Positions 39,958-48,931 of a DNA stretch of 53,712 nucleotides are shown in pieces. The DNA is taken from positions 1 through 53,712 of the forward strand of contig JAWAZZ010000004.1 in assembly GCA_038997305.1 (NCBI GenBank), read 5' to 3'. The position numbers were made by a program, and so were the translations under genes. Source of the stretch: Candidatus Aenigmatarchaeota archaeon (GTDB taxonomy: Archaea > Aenigmatarchaeota > Aenigmatarchaeia > CG10238-14 > SpSt-28). The notes beneath the pieces are model-generated. The model was not told the origin of the DNA and did no database searches. It was given only the letters and a program-made list of their open reading frames with translations. Within the stretch, counting starts at the first letter, position 1, and the number at the start of each line of letters is the position of its first letter.

Positions 39958-40041
39958 TCATCTCTTCTTTTTTCTTGTGGCTCTTTTCTTTTTAGCAGTT
40001 TTTTTGGCAGCTTTCTTTTTTGCTGCCTTTCTCTTTGCCAT
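39958..40041 (-). CDS. 27-aa Lys/Ala/Arg-rich histone H1-like basic peptide
   Basis: Not in ORF track: MAKRKAAKKKAAKKTAKKKRATRKKKR*. Mixed synonymous codons, TATA-like element 23-30 nt upstream and T-tract downstream. Confidence 0.7.
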   Translation of the reverse strand: MAKRKAAKKKAAKKTAKKKRATRKKKR

Positions 40042-40054
40042 AATTATTTTTAGC

Positions 40055-40071
40055 TTTTTATTAATTTAAAA
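40055..40071. promoter_or_regulatory. Divergent TATA-like elements for the basic peptide gene (-) and gatD (+)
   Basis: TTTTAAAT (minus, 40064-40071) and TTTTTATTA (plus, 40055-40063) each lie about 20-30 nt before the respective ATG. The AT-rich background weakens this. Confidence 0.4.
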
Positions 40072-40082
40072 GTTATTTTTTA

Positions 40083-41363
40083 ATGATTGAAGTTGGAAAG
40101 AAAGTGAAAATAATTAAAGATGAGTTCGAAATCGAAGGTTATGTAATTCCTAAGCCACAATTATATGAAGATAATTTCATACTCCTCAAACTAAGTAATG
40201 GATACAATATTGGAATAAAGATAGATGAAAAAACCAAAATAGTTGAATTAAGTGAAAAAATAAAAGTTGGTGAGTTTCCATTAGCAAAAATAGAAAAAAA
40301 TCCAAATTTAAAAAACATAGCAATAATTCATACCGGTGGTACAATTGCCTCTAAAATAGATTATATAACACAAGCAGTTAGTCCTGCTATAAAACCAGAA
40401 GAGTTACTCTACATTTTTCCAGAAATAAAAAATATCGCAAATATAGAAAGAATTAATTTATTGTTTAATATAGCTAGCGAAGATATGTTGCCTAAAAATT
40501 GGATCGAAATAGCAAAAATAGCTTATAAAGAGATTAATGATGAAAATATTTTTGGATTAATAATTACACATGGAACAGATACTATGCATTTTACTTCTGC
40601 TGCACTCAGTTTTTTTATTCAAAACTTAAACAAACCAATAATTCTAACTGGTGCGCAAAGAAGTAGTGATAGAGCAAGCAGCGATGCAAAAATGAATTTT
40701 ATATGCTCTTTATTTGCTTCATTATCTGAAATTGCTGAAGTTGGAATTGTTATGCACGCAACAAGTAATGATAATTTTTGTTATTTTCATAGGGGGACAA
40801 AAGTTAGAAAGTTTCACACAACAAGAAGAGATGCATTCAAAAGTGTTAACGATAAACCATTAGCAAAAATTTTTCCTGATGGAAAAATAGAAATAATAAA
40901 CGAAAATTATAAAAAAAGAAGCGAGACAAAACCAAAATTGAATGCTGTATTTGATGAAAGAGTAGTAATACTAAAGGCATATCCAAACTCTTATCCGGAA
41001 TTAATAGACATCTTAGTCAATAATTTCGATATTAGAGGAATTGTAATAGAATCTACAGGCTTAGGACATGTGCCAACTAACAATGAAAGAAATTGGATAA
41101 ACCACATAAAGAAAAATGATAATACACTATTTGCAATAACTTCTCAATGCATTTATGGAAGAGTTCATCCGTATGTTTATACCAATACAAGAATTCTTAG
41201 TAGCTTACCAAATGTTGTTTTTTGTGAAGACATGCTAACAGAAGTTGCATATGTAAAGCTTGGATGGCTACTAGCTCAAGAAAAGAATATGGAAAAGTTA
41301 AAAGAGTTAATGCTAACTAACTTTTCAAATGAAATAAATTATAGAAGCTACTATGAAGATTAA
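40083..41363 (+). CDS. gatD: Glutamyl-tRNA(Gln) amidotransferase subunit D
   Basis: LKLSNGYNIG, TGGTIASKIDY, HGTDTM, GAQRSSDR, RKFHTTRRDAF.S. Confidence 0.96.
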   Translation: MIEVGKKVKIIKDEFEIEGYVIPKPQLYEDNFILLKLSNGYNIGIKIDEKTKIVELSEKIKVGEFPLAKIEKNPNLKNIAIIHTGGTIASKIDYITQAVSPAIKPEELLYIFPEIKNIANIERINLLFNIASEDMLPKNWIEIAKIAYKEINDENIFGLIITHGTDTMHFTSAALSFFIQNLNKPIILTGAQRSSDRASSDAKMNFICSLFASLSEIAEVGIVMHATSNDNFCYFHRGTKVRKFHTTRRDAFKSVNDKPLAKIFPDGKIEIINENYKKRSETKPKLNAVFDERVVILKAYPNSYPELIDILVNNFDIRGIVIESTGLGHVPTNNERNWINHIKKNDNTLFAITSQCIYGRVHPYVYTNTRILSSLPNVVFCEDMLTEVAYVKLGWLLAQEKNMEKLKELMLTNFSNEINYRSYYED

Positions 41364-43152
41364 AGCTGGACTGGAAGTTCATATACAGTTAGATACTGAA
41401 GAAAAGTTATTCTGTAAATGCAAAACCACAATGAAAGAAGAAACTCCCAAAAAAATTGTTGTAAGAAAATTACATCCTGTTGCAGGTGAACTTGGACTAA
41501 TAGATGTTGCCGCACAATACGAATATTTAAGAAATAGAGAATATTACTACGAATATTTTGAAAATGAAAGTTGCTTAATAGAATTAGATGAAGAGCCGCC
41601 AAGAGAAATTAATAAGGAAGCTTTAGAATTAGCATTAAAAATCGCAATGCTATTAAATTGCAAAATCCCAGATAAAATACAAGTAATGAGAAAAACTGTT
41701 ATTGATGGCTCAAATACTAGTGGTTTTCAAAGAACTGCATTAATAGGCTTCGATGGTTATATAATAGTTAACGATAAAAAAATTGGAATTAAAACTGTTT
41801 GTTTGGAAGAAGATGCTTGCTCAATAGATAAAGAAGAAGATGGAAAAGTTTATTACAAATTAAATAGGTTAGGAATTCCTCTAGTCGAAATTACTACAAG
41901 CATTTTTGAAGTTGAAAATCCAAAAGAAATAGAAGAAGTTGCATTCAATATTGGATGGCTTGCAAGAACAATAAAAAAGGTTAAAAGGGGTATAGGAACA
42001 ATAAGACAAGATGTAAATATATCTATAGACTCAGAAAGAATAGAGTTAAAAGGTGTTCAAAAATTAGAAGACATTCCAAAAGTTGTAGAATATGAAATAA
42101 AAAGATTAACAGATCTGAAAAGTTTATCGAAAGAATTGAAAAAAAGAGATGCAAAAATAAGCGAAATTTTTGATCTTACAGAATATTTTAAAACTTCAAA
42201 ATCAAATCTAATTCAAAAGTTTATAAATAGCGGAAACAAAATCTTTGGACTAATCTTCTATAATTTTAAAGGATTTATGAGTTATAAGATTGCCGATAGA
42301 ACATTTGGAAAGGAAATTTCAGATTATTTAAAAGCATTTAACAGCGGAATTATTCATAGTGAAGAGAACTTAGAAAAATATAACTTAAAAGAAGATTTCG
42401 AAAGTTTATCTAAAAAATTAAATTTGAGTGAAAATGATGTTCTTGCAATATTTGCTTCAAAGAACGAAAAACCAATACACTTTATAAAAGAAAAAATTGA
42501 AAAAATAATAGAGGGAAAATTAGATCACGAGACTAGAAAGGCTAATCAAGATTTATCTACAAGCTTTTTAAGACCTTTGCCAGGAAGTGCGAGAATGTAT
42601 CCAGAAACTGATTTACCTCTAATAGATGTAACAAAAGAATATTTAGAAAAGATAAAAGTAAGAGAAGAACCGTTAAATGTAAAAATTTATAGAATTTCTA
42701 GAGAATTTTCTATAGATATCAACATAGTTAAAGAAATCGCAAGAAAAGATTTCATAGAAATTTTTGAAAATCTTCTAAAAGATTATAAAGAAATTGGTGC
42801 TAATTTCATAGCAAACACATTAATAAATTTAGATAATTTTGGTATAGATTTTTGGAAAAAGCAAGATGAAATAAAAAAGATTTTTGAAATGATAAAGAAT
42901 AAAAAATTATCGAAATCTGCTGTAAATTTAATATTACAAGAACTGAAAGATAAAAATCTTGAAGAAATAATAGAATCAAAAGATTTAGTTGCCTTTAATA
43001 AAGAAGAGTTAAAAAATATTGTCAAAAGTCTTTTAAACAATAATATGACTTTAGAAGAAATAAAAAAATATATCTTTAGAAACGAAAAAATAAAATATAA
43101 AGTAATACCAGAGATTTTGGAAGAAATTTTAAAGAATGAGTTACTTAAATGA
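41353..43152 (+). CDS. gatE: Glutamyl-tRNA(Gln) amidotransferase subunit E
   Basis: GLEVHIQL..KLFC.C, DEEPP, MRK.VIDGSNTSGFQRT, LEEDA, RGIGTIRQDVN, LRPLPGSARMYPETD. Confidence 0.96.
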   Translation: MKIKAGLEVHIQLDTEEKLFCKCKTTMKEETPKKIVVRKLHPVAGELGLIDVAAQYEYLRNREYYYEYFENESCLIELDEEPPREINKEALELALKIAMLLNCKIPDKIQVMRKTVIDGSNTSGFQRTALIGFDGYIIVNDKKIGIKTVCLEEDACSIDKEEDGKVYYKLNRLGIPLVEITTSIFEVENPKEIEEVAFNIGWLARTIKKVKRGIGTIRQDVNISIDSERIELKGVQKLEDIPKVVEYEIKRLTDLKSLSKELKKRDAKISEIFDLTEYFKTSKSNLIQKFINSGNKIFGLIFYNFKGFMSYKIADRTFGKEISDYLKAFNSGIIHSEENLEKYNLKEDFESLSKKLNLSENDVLAIFASKNEKPIHFIKEKIEKIIEGKLDHETRKANQDLSTSFLRPLPGSARMYPETDLPLIDVTKEYLEKIKVREEPLNVKIYRISREFSIDINIVKEIARKDFIEIFENLLKDYKEIGANFIANTLINLDNFGIDFWKKQDEIKKIFEMIKNKKLSKSAVNLILQELKDKNLEEIIESKDLVAFNKEELKNIVKSLLNNNMTLEEIKKYIFRNEKIKYKVIPEILEEILKNELLK

Positions 43153-43720
43153 AGAAGCCTTTATAAATTATTGTTATAAAAACATACTTCCATCTATTAA
43201 ATTCTGTGAAAACTTTTTAGAAGAATCTAAAAGACTTTTAGACGAAGTTAATGGTGTTAGCATAAAACACAAAATAGATCAAATATGTGTCGGAAGTTAC
43301 TTGGTTGGCGAAATATCAAAATATAAAAATTCTCAAACAACAATAAAGTTTGAAGCTCCTACAAGAATAGATAATGGCTCGTCAGAGATTGTTTGGTCTA
43401 GTGATATTTTTATTTGTTATAAAAAAGAAAAAACTGAATGTTTAGCAATAGAAGTTCTAAGAAGCGGTGTATATCAAATCAATAAAAAAATTAATATATT
43501 AGAGCAACTTTTAAAAGGAGGAATTAAAGTAGGTATGTTTGTAGAAAATGGAAAATACATAAGGTATAATTCAAATTCACATAAAACTTATTCATCAGAC
43601 AAGATGGACATCCTTTCCATTTTCGGATTTTACAAATATAAAAGCGATTCAGAATCGAAAGAAATTCCAGAAATATGTAGAGACTTAGAAATCCATTTAA
43701 TAAAAAACGAACTATTTTGA
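43136..43720 (+). CDS. Putative Uma2-like PD-(D/E)xK-fold protein
   Basis: Spaced motifs SIKH..KFEAP..SSDIFI..LAIEVLRS..KK..GIKV resemble Uma2/DUF820. Confidence 0.45.
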   Translation: MSYLNEEAFINYCYKNILPSIKFCENFLEESKRLLDEVNGVSIKHKIDQICVGSYLVGEISKYKNSQTTIKFEAPTRIDNGSSEIVWSSDIFICYKKEKTECLAIEVLRSGVYQINKKINILEQLLKGGIKVGMFVENGKYIRYNSNSHKTYSSDKMDILSIFGFYKYKSDSESKEIPEICRDLEIHLIKNELF

Positions 43721-44149
43721 TTTCAATGTTATGTATTCGATAAATAATTTATACATTTTTAGATAAACCTCTCTACTAAACTCTTCAGAAAGTTTTTTAA
43801 AGTCACTAAAGTCATTAGAAAAAGCAACTTTTTTTATTATAGATTTTACACTGTTTTGGACTTCGCTCGCTAACTCTACATTTATAGATAAATATCTATT
43901 ACTTAGCGCAAGAATTCTGTCTAACAAATCTAAGACTAATGTTTTTATTCCTATAAAATGTTTTTGACTTTCGATATTAGTTAATAATTCTCTTTTGACT
44001 TTTCTTACAACTTCATCAACCTCTTTTAACTGATACTTCATAGTTATATTATCACAAAACCCTTTCAAAAATCTATCAGAATCCAAAATTTCTTTTACAA
44101 CGATACAATATGCTATAGGTTCTATATCACTTAAATTTATTGTTATCAT
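43712..44149 (-). CDS. Hypothetical alpha-helical protein
   Basis: 145-aa ORF with no recognised motif. Confidence 0.65.
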   Translation of the reverse strand: MITINLSDIEPIAYCIVVKEILDSDRFLKGFCDNITMKYQLKEVDEVVRKVKRELLTNIESQKHFIGIKTLVLDLLDRILALSNRYLSINVELASEVQNSVKSIIKKVAFSNDFSDFKKLSEEFSREVYLKMYKLFIEYITLKSK

Positions 44150-44196
44150 AAAAAATATTAAAAAATAAAAAATAAGGAAGTTAAGAACAATTAATA

Positions 44197-46152
44197 TTAC
44201 TCGGTAACTATTATTGTACCCTTAAATCTTGGTGCTAAATGATCGTGATAAGTCCATGTACCCACTTCATTAAAAACAAAGCTCCAAGATTCTCCAGGCT
44301 TTAATCCTCTGCAAGCATCAAATATATTTTTTTCTTCAGGAGTTCCACACTTCTCTATTCCTGAGCCAGGATATAATCTATGTGTTGGATGATAATCGCT
44401 AGCTGGCCAAACTTCTCTAGATGCTTGATTTATAAAAATTACTCTCGTTCCTTTTTTAACAACGAGTTTTTCTGGCTGAAATCCAGAATCTGTTATTACA
44501 ATTTCTGCTGTTAATGAAGTTTCTTTTGCCCTCTCTGCAACAGTTTCAAAAGGTTTTATGGAAGATTCTTCAACTTTTTTCCATCCCCTTTCTTCTAATA
44601 TGCTTGCTACGCAAGCATTAGGAACTGCTACAACAAACTTACTATCATATGGACATTCATATCTACTAATAACCATAGCACAAGCAACTCCTTCTGCAAG
44701 TTGTTCCTTATATTTTTTCCATGCGTCAGATAAATCTTCTGCGCATTTCGCTGCATACCTGCTAATAATTATTCTTTCAACCAATTCTCTTCCACCAATC
44801 TTTTCTATTTCTTTCTTAATTATTTCTCTTTTTGACAAGCTTTCCTTTTCGAAAACTTCCTCTTTTAAGGTTTCTATTTCTCTTCTACATTCCCAAATTG
44901 CATTTCTTATCTTTGTCTTAATATACTCTAATCTGTCCCACAAATCTCTAATTCTTTGTCTTAATGTTTCATCGGGCAATTGATATAAAGAAGAGTTTAT
45001 TTCACTTATGTATGAACTTATTTCAGTAATATTTAGCTTTTCCCTTAAACAATCAGTTAGATTTGCCCTCAGTAATCCATATAATTGTTTTACATCTTCT
45101 GCCTCTTTCTTCATGTTTTCCCTTTTAATTTTTTTAGCTATTATATTTTCTAGTTTATCTCTTAGTTTTTCTCTAATTTCTGCTGATTTATTTATCATTT
45201 CTTTTAATTTTTCTCTAGTAACTTTATCAGCACCCCCGCTAACAGTTTCTACTTTAAATCCTAACTGAGTTAAATAGTTATATACTTCTTCTGCACATGT
45301 TGGATATCCTAATACCTTAATTCTTGTGAAATTCTTCTCTCTTATAAAGCTTACATTAACATCACTAACGTTTGATACAAACATTACATGTCCAGATTCC
45401 CAAACAATTCCTAATGTATCGTTGAAATTTCTTTTACAGATTATTAATAATGGAATTTTTTCGTTTAATTCTTTTGCCTTCCTTTCTATTTCTTCGTTAA
45501 CCTCTTTATCTTCATCTCTCTTAGCTATATGTTTTATTATTTTTATTCCTAATTCGTTCAATCTTTTAGTAACATTTTCCGAGAAATTACCAACTAATAT
45601 TACTTGTTTTATTCCATAATTAATCAAATAATTTTCTGTTGTTGCACTTAATTCATCTGGAGGATTTATTAATAAAGGTAATCCATATTTTGCTGAAAGT
45701 TTAGATGCCAATGTCACTAATTTTATTTTTCCTTTTTCTGGGGGATAATCTCCGTAATCACTAACTATTATAGATGTGTTAGCATCTGCAAAGAAATATT
45801 TAGCTACTTCTATCGATGTACCATATTTTGTCATTCCAAATATTCTTTTGACTTCAAAATATTGTGATAGTTGTTTTTCTACTTGAGTTGAAATTACTGC
45901 AGGTCCTCCAATTATATAAATTTTCTTTATTCCTTGTGATGTCAAATTCTTAATTTCATCTTCAGATAGCAATTTAAATCCATCTATAACTATCACTGGA
46001 ATTCCATATTTCTGAGCTATTACATCAGCTACTGCAGCATCTGGATAATTCTGCATCGTTACTAAAATTGCTTCCTGAACATTTTGTGCATATGCTAAAC
46101 TTAGTGCTATCATCATTACTATTCCAAGAAGTATTGCTATTTTACTCTTCAT
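44197..46152 (-). CDS. Secreted protein: cell-wall-binding repeat 2-like region, coiled coil, C-terminal cupredoxin-like domain
   Basis: Signal peptide (..SLAYA|Q), YPDA..IYIIGGPAVIS..VKRIFG.TKY.TS..VA (CWB2-like), and GFQPEKLVVKKGTRV.F.N..WSFVF..GTWTYHDHL..KGTIIV (cupredoxin fold). Confidence 0.8.
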   Translation of the reverse strand: MKSKIAILLGIVMMIALSLAYAQNVQEAILVTMQNYPDAAVADVIAQKYGIPVIVIDGFKLLSEDEIKNLTSQGIKKIYIIGGPAVISTQVEKQLSQYFEVKRIFGMTKYGTSIEVAKYFFADANTSIIVSDYGDYPPEKGKIKLVTLASKLSAKYGLPLLINPPDELSATTENYLINYGIKQVILVGNFSENVTKRLNELGIKIIKHIAKRDEDKEVNEEIERKAKELNEKIPLLIICKRNFNDTLGIVWESGHVMFVSNVSDVNVSFIREKNFTRIKVLGYPTCAEEVYNYLTQLGFKVETVSGGADKVTREKLKEMINKSAEIREKLRDKLENIIAKKIKRENMKKEAEDVKQLYGLLRANLTDCLREKLNITEISSYISEINSSLYQLPDETLRQRIRDLWDRLEYIKTKIRNAIWECRREIETLKEEVFEKESLSKREIIKKEIEKIGGRELVERIIISRYAAKCAEDLSDAWKKYKEQLAEGVACAMVISRYECPYDSKFVVAVPNACVASILEERGWKKVEESSIKPFETVAERAKETSLTAEIVITDSGFQPEKLVVKKGTRVIFINQASREVWPASDYHPTHRLYPGSGIEKCGTPEEKNIFDACRGLKPGESWSFVFNEVGTWTYHDHLAPRFKGTIIVTE

Positions 46153-46185
46153 ATCTAATATTAAATCTCAAAATATAAAAAGCTT

Positions 46186-46920
46186 ATGAAGATAGATGAA
46201 AAAATTGAGATTATCGATGGATATCCAGCAATATATATAAAAAAGTTAGACTTATTAGTAATAAGTGATTTGCAAATAGGTTTCGAAGTTCATTTAGCCC
46301 AAAAAGGTATTTCAATTCCTCAAATTCAATTTAATGAAATTCTAAAAGATATAAAAGATATAAAATTATTGTCTAATGCAAAAAGATTGCTAATAAATGG
46401 GGATGTTAAGCACGAATTTAAAGAAGCTACAAAACAAGAGTGGAGAGAAACTATAGATTTTCTAAATTTTTGCAAACAAAACTTTAAAGAAATAATAATT
46501 GTTAGAGGAAATCATGACAACTATCTATTAAATATACTGAAAGACTTGGAGATTGTCTTTTACGATCCTTATTATGTCGAGGAAGAATTTTGCTTTTTAC
46601 ATGGTCATAAAAAAGTTGAACTACCAAAATGCGAATATATAATAATAGGTCATGACCAGCCTGCTATAGTTTTAAGAGATGAATTTGAAAAAGTAAAATT
46701 AAAGGCTTTTCTGTTTGGAAAGTATAAAGACAAAAAAATTTTAGTTTTGCCTTCTTTCTCTCCTATATCTTTCGGAACCGAAATCAACAATTATACATCT
46801 AAAGACTTTATGAGTCCATATTTACAAGAAATTGATGTAGAAGAGTTAGAAGTTTTTGCAATAGATAAAAGTGTTGGTACATTAAAATTGGGAAAGTTAA
46901 AGAATCTTAGATATATTTAG
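46186..46920 (+). CDS. Calcineurin-like metallophosphoesterase (Lhr/ligase-associated MPE/PdeM-like family)
   Basis: ISDLQIG.E, NGDVKH, RGNHD, LHGH, GHDQP, LPSFS..G. Confidence 0.85.
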   Translation: MKIDEKIEIIDGYPAIYIKKLDLLVISDLQIGFEVHLAQKGISIPQIQFNEILKDIKDIKLLSNAKRLLINGDVKHEFKEATKQEWRETIDFLNFCKQNFKEIIIVRGNHDNYLLNILKDLEIVFYDPYYVEEEFCFLHGHKKVELPKCEYIIIGHDQPAIVLRDEFEKVKLKAFLFGKYKDKKILVLPSFSPISFGTEINNYTSKDFMSPYLQEIDVEELEVFAIDKSVGTLKLGKLKNLRYI

Positions 46921-47123
46921 ATAAGTTTCTTCAAAAATTCTTTAAATTTTTCATCGCTTAATTGCTCTTTTATTTTTCCTTGAAGATAGAGAGTTATCAG
47001 AATTTTTTCAACATTCTCTGCAAATTCTGGTCTAGCTAATTTTATTCTTGCTAATCTTTCTCTTGCCTCTGAACTTAATATTTTTCTTAGGATTTCCCTT
47101 TTTTGTTCTTCAGTTATCTTCAT
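46917..47123 (-). CDS. PDCD5/TFAR19-family dsDNA-binding protein (short form)
   Basis: ILRKILSSEARERLARIKLARPE.AE.VE..LI.L..QG.I...LSDE. Confidence 0.88.
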   Translation of the reverse strand: MKITEEQKREILRKILSSEARERLARIKLARPEFAENVEKILITLYLQGKIKEQLSDEKFKEFLKKLI

Positions 47124-47293
47124 AAAAATAGTTCTAAATAAATTAAGGTTTAAGTTTTAATTTCTTTTCGACTATTATAAATATCGTCGATAGATAATTT
47201 GAAATTTATTTAACTTAACTTTAATAAAGTTTAATATTTATTTAATCTAAGCTAAACAAAAATTAATATTTACTTACATCAAGTTAAATTATT

Positions 47294-48769
47294 ATGGTAG
47301 AAATTAAAAAGATAGTTGAACAAAATAAATGGTGGGTTTTAGGAAAGGATTTCGAGTATTTTGACGAAGATATGAAGAAATTCAAGGAAAAGATCGTAAT
47401 AGTTGAAAGGAAAGATTTAGAGATAAGAACAGGTAATGTATACACTATAGAGGGGCCTCGCCAAATTGGAAAAACCACATGGATAAAACAAAAAATAAAA
47501 AAGCTTATAGAATCTGGTTTCGATCCAAACAAAATTTGTTATTTTTCTCTGGATAGAGTTTACTCAAGGAAAGAATTGTCTAAAATTCTCGACTATTTTA
47601 TTTCTACTAAAGGCGAAAATATTTTCATTTTTTTAGATGAAATAGGATATGTAAAGGATTGGGAAATAGAAATTAAATCATTCCTAGATAGAAATTTATC
47701 AAAGGTTTGCATAGTAATTACTGGCTCGCCATTTAGAATGAGAGAAAAGATAAGTGAATTAATAGGGAGAGGCATAGAGGGTAATAGATACTTTATAAAA
47801 CCTCTATCATTCAGGGACTTTTTATTGAATTTTAGCAGTGGAGGCTATCTTTTAGATTATTTATTCAAAACCGTTAAAAAAATAAATGAAGAAACTTTTT
47901 TAAAGACTAAAAAATTAGTTGAAACGCTTAAGAAAAACAAGATTGTTTTTAATGACTTGAACGAAATTGAAGAAAAAGTAAAAAGCTTATTAGATTTCGT
48001 TGAAATTTTAGACTTTTGGTTTTACAATTATTACTTAATTACTGGAGGTTTTCCAGAAATAATCGATGAATTTATTAAAAGAGATGCTATTCCTCCAGAA
48101 AAATATGAAAAATTTGCTAATGCCTTATTTACTGGAATGGAGTTTGAAACTAAGATAGACATTAGAAAGTTGATTGAAAAACTTCCATATTTTATTGCCT
48201 ATCGAGTAAACTTAGTTAATTTAACAAATGAATTTGAAGAGGGAACATCTTTCCAAACTCTACAGAAATATTTAAGAATACTTGAAGATAAATTCATAAT
48301 AAGAGTTCTTAATTCTGTAAACAAAAAATTGAAAGAAAGGTCAAGAGGTTTGAAAAAAATTTACTTTACTGATGTTGTAATGTTATACACTTCTATTCTT
48401 CTTAGTGAAGGAAAGTTCGGCAATGCTTTTGAATATATAAAAAACGAAATTCTGACAAACGAAAATTATTTGGGAAAAATTATTGAAAATCTTGTTGCAA
48501 TTTCTTTAGTAGACTTTATCGAAGAACCTTTTATTGATTACAAAAAATTTCTCTTTTTCTTATATGACGGAAACAAAGAAATAGATTTTATACTTAAAAA
48601 AGATAATAAAGTTTTTGCAATAGAGTGTATGAGTGAGGATATTCCAAAAATAAATGCTGAAAGTATTCTAATCTTAACTAAGGATAATTTTGAGATAAAA
48701 AATAATATTATTAAAGTTCCTGTTTCTGTTTTTTTGAGTCTTATAGAAAAATCGAAAGTTAATATATAA
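47294..48769 (+). CDS. AAA_14 ATPase with DUF4143/PD-(D/E)xK-like C-terminus
   Basis: QNKWW, GPRQIGKTT, FLDEI, ITGS, PLSFRDF, TGGFP, KKIYFTD, IENLV, EIDFI..AIE. Confidence 0.88.
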   Translation: MVEIKKIVEQNKWWVLGKDFEYFDEDMKKFKEKIVIVERKDLEIRTGNVYTIEGPRQIGKTTWIKQKIKKLIESGFDPNKICYFSLDRVYSRKELSKILDYFISTKGENIFIFLDEIGYVKDWEIEIKSFLDRNLSKVCIVITGSPFRMREKISELIGRGIEGNRYFIKPLSFRDFLLNFSSGGYLLDYLFKTVKKINEETFLKTKKLVETLKKNKIVFNDLNEIEEKVKSLLDFVEILDFWFYNYYLITGGFPEIIDEFIKRDAIPPEKYEKFANALFTGMEFETKIDIRKLIEKLPYFIAYRVNLVNLTNEFEEGTSFQTLQKYLRILEDKFIIRVLNSVNKKLKERSRGLKKIYFTDVVMLYTSILLSEGKFGNAFEYIKNEILTNENYLGKIIENLVAISLVDFIEEPFIDYKKFLFFLYDGNKEIDFILKKDNKVFAIECMSEDIPKINAESILILTKDNFEIKNNIIKVPVSVFLSLIEKSKVNI

Positions 48770-48795
48770 TTTGAAATTTTGCTAAACTAATTTAT

Positions 48796-48868
48796 GCCCC
48801 GGTAGCTCAGCAGGTAGAGCGCTGCTCTGGTAAAGCAGAGGTCCCGGGTTCAAATCCCGGCCGGGGCT
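48796..48868 (+). tRNA. tRNA-Thr(GGT)
   Basis: GCCCCGG..CTGCT-CT GGT AA-AGCAG..CCGGG-TTCAAAT-CCCGG-CCGGGGC-T. Confidence 0.95.
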
Positions 48869-48931
48869 ATCAGAATTTATTTTTCACTTATAAGTAATTT
48901 ACTTATATATCCATACTCAGGATATAAGATT

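Noticed and set aside
23670-46920. Ligase, beta-CASP nuclease, Lhr and metallophosphoesterase resembling the bacterial Lhr-MPE-ligase-exonuclease cluster
   Set aside because: The genes are scattered over 23 kb on both strands, and the ligase and FttA are ordinary housekeeping orthologues
39810-48867. 25-bp inverted repeat (1 mismatch) bracketing about 9 kb
   Set aside because: It is the shared T-arm/acceptor stem of tRNA-Glu and tRNA-Thr. The interval contains core gatDE and no recombinase
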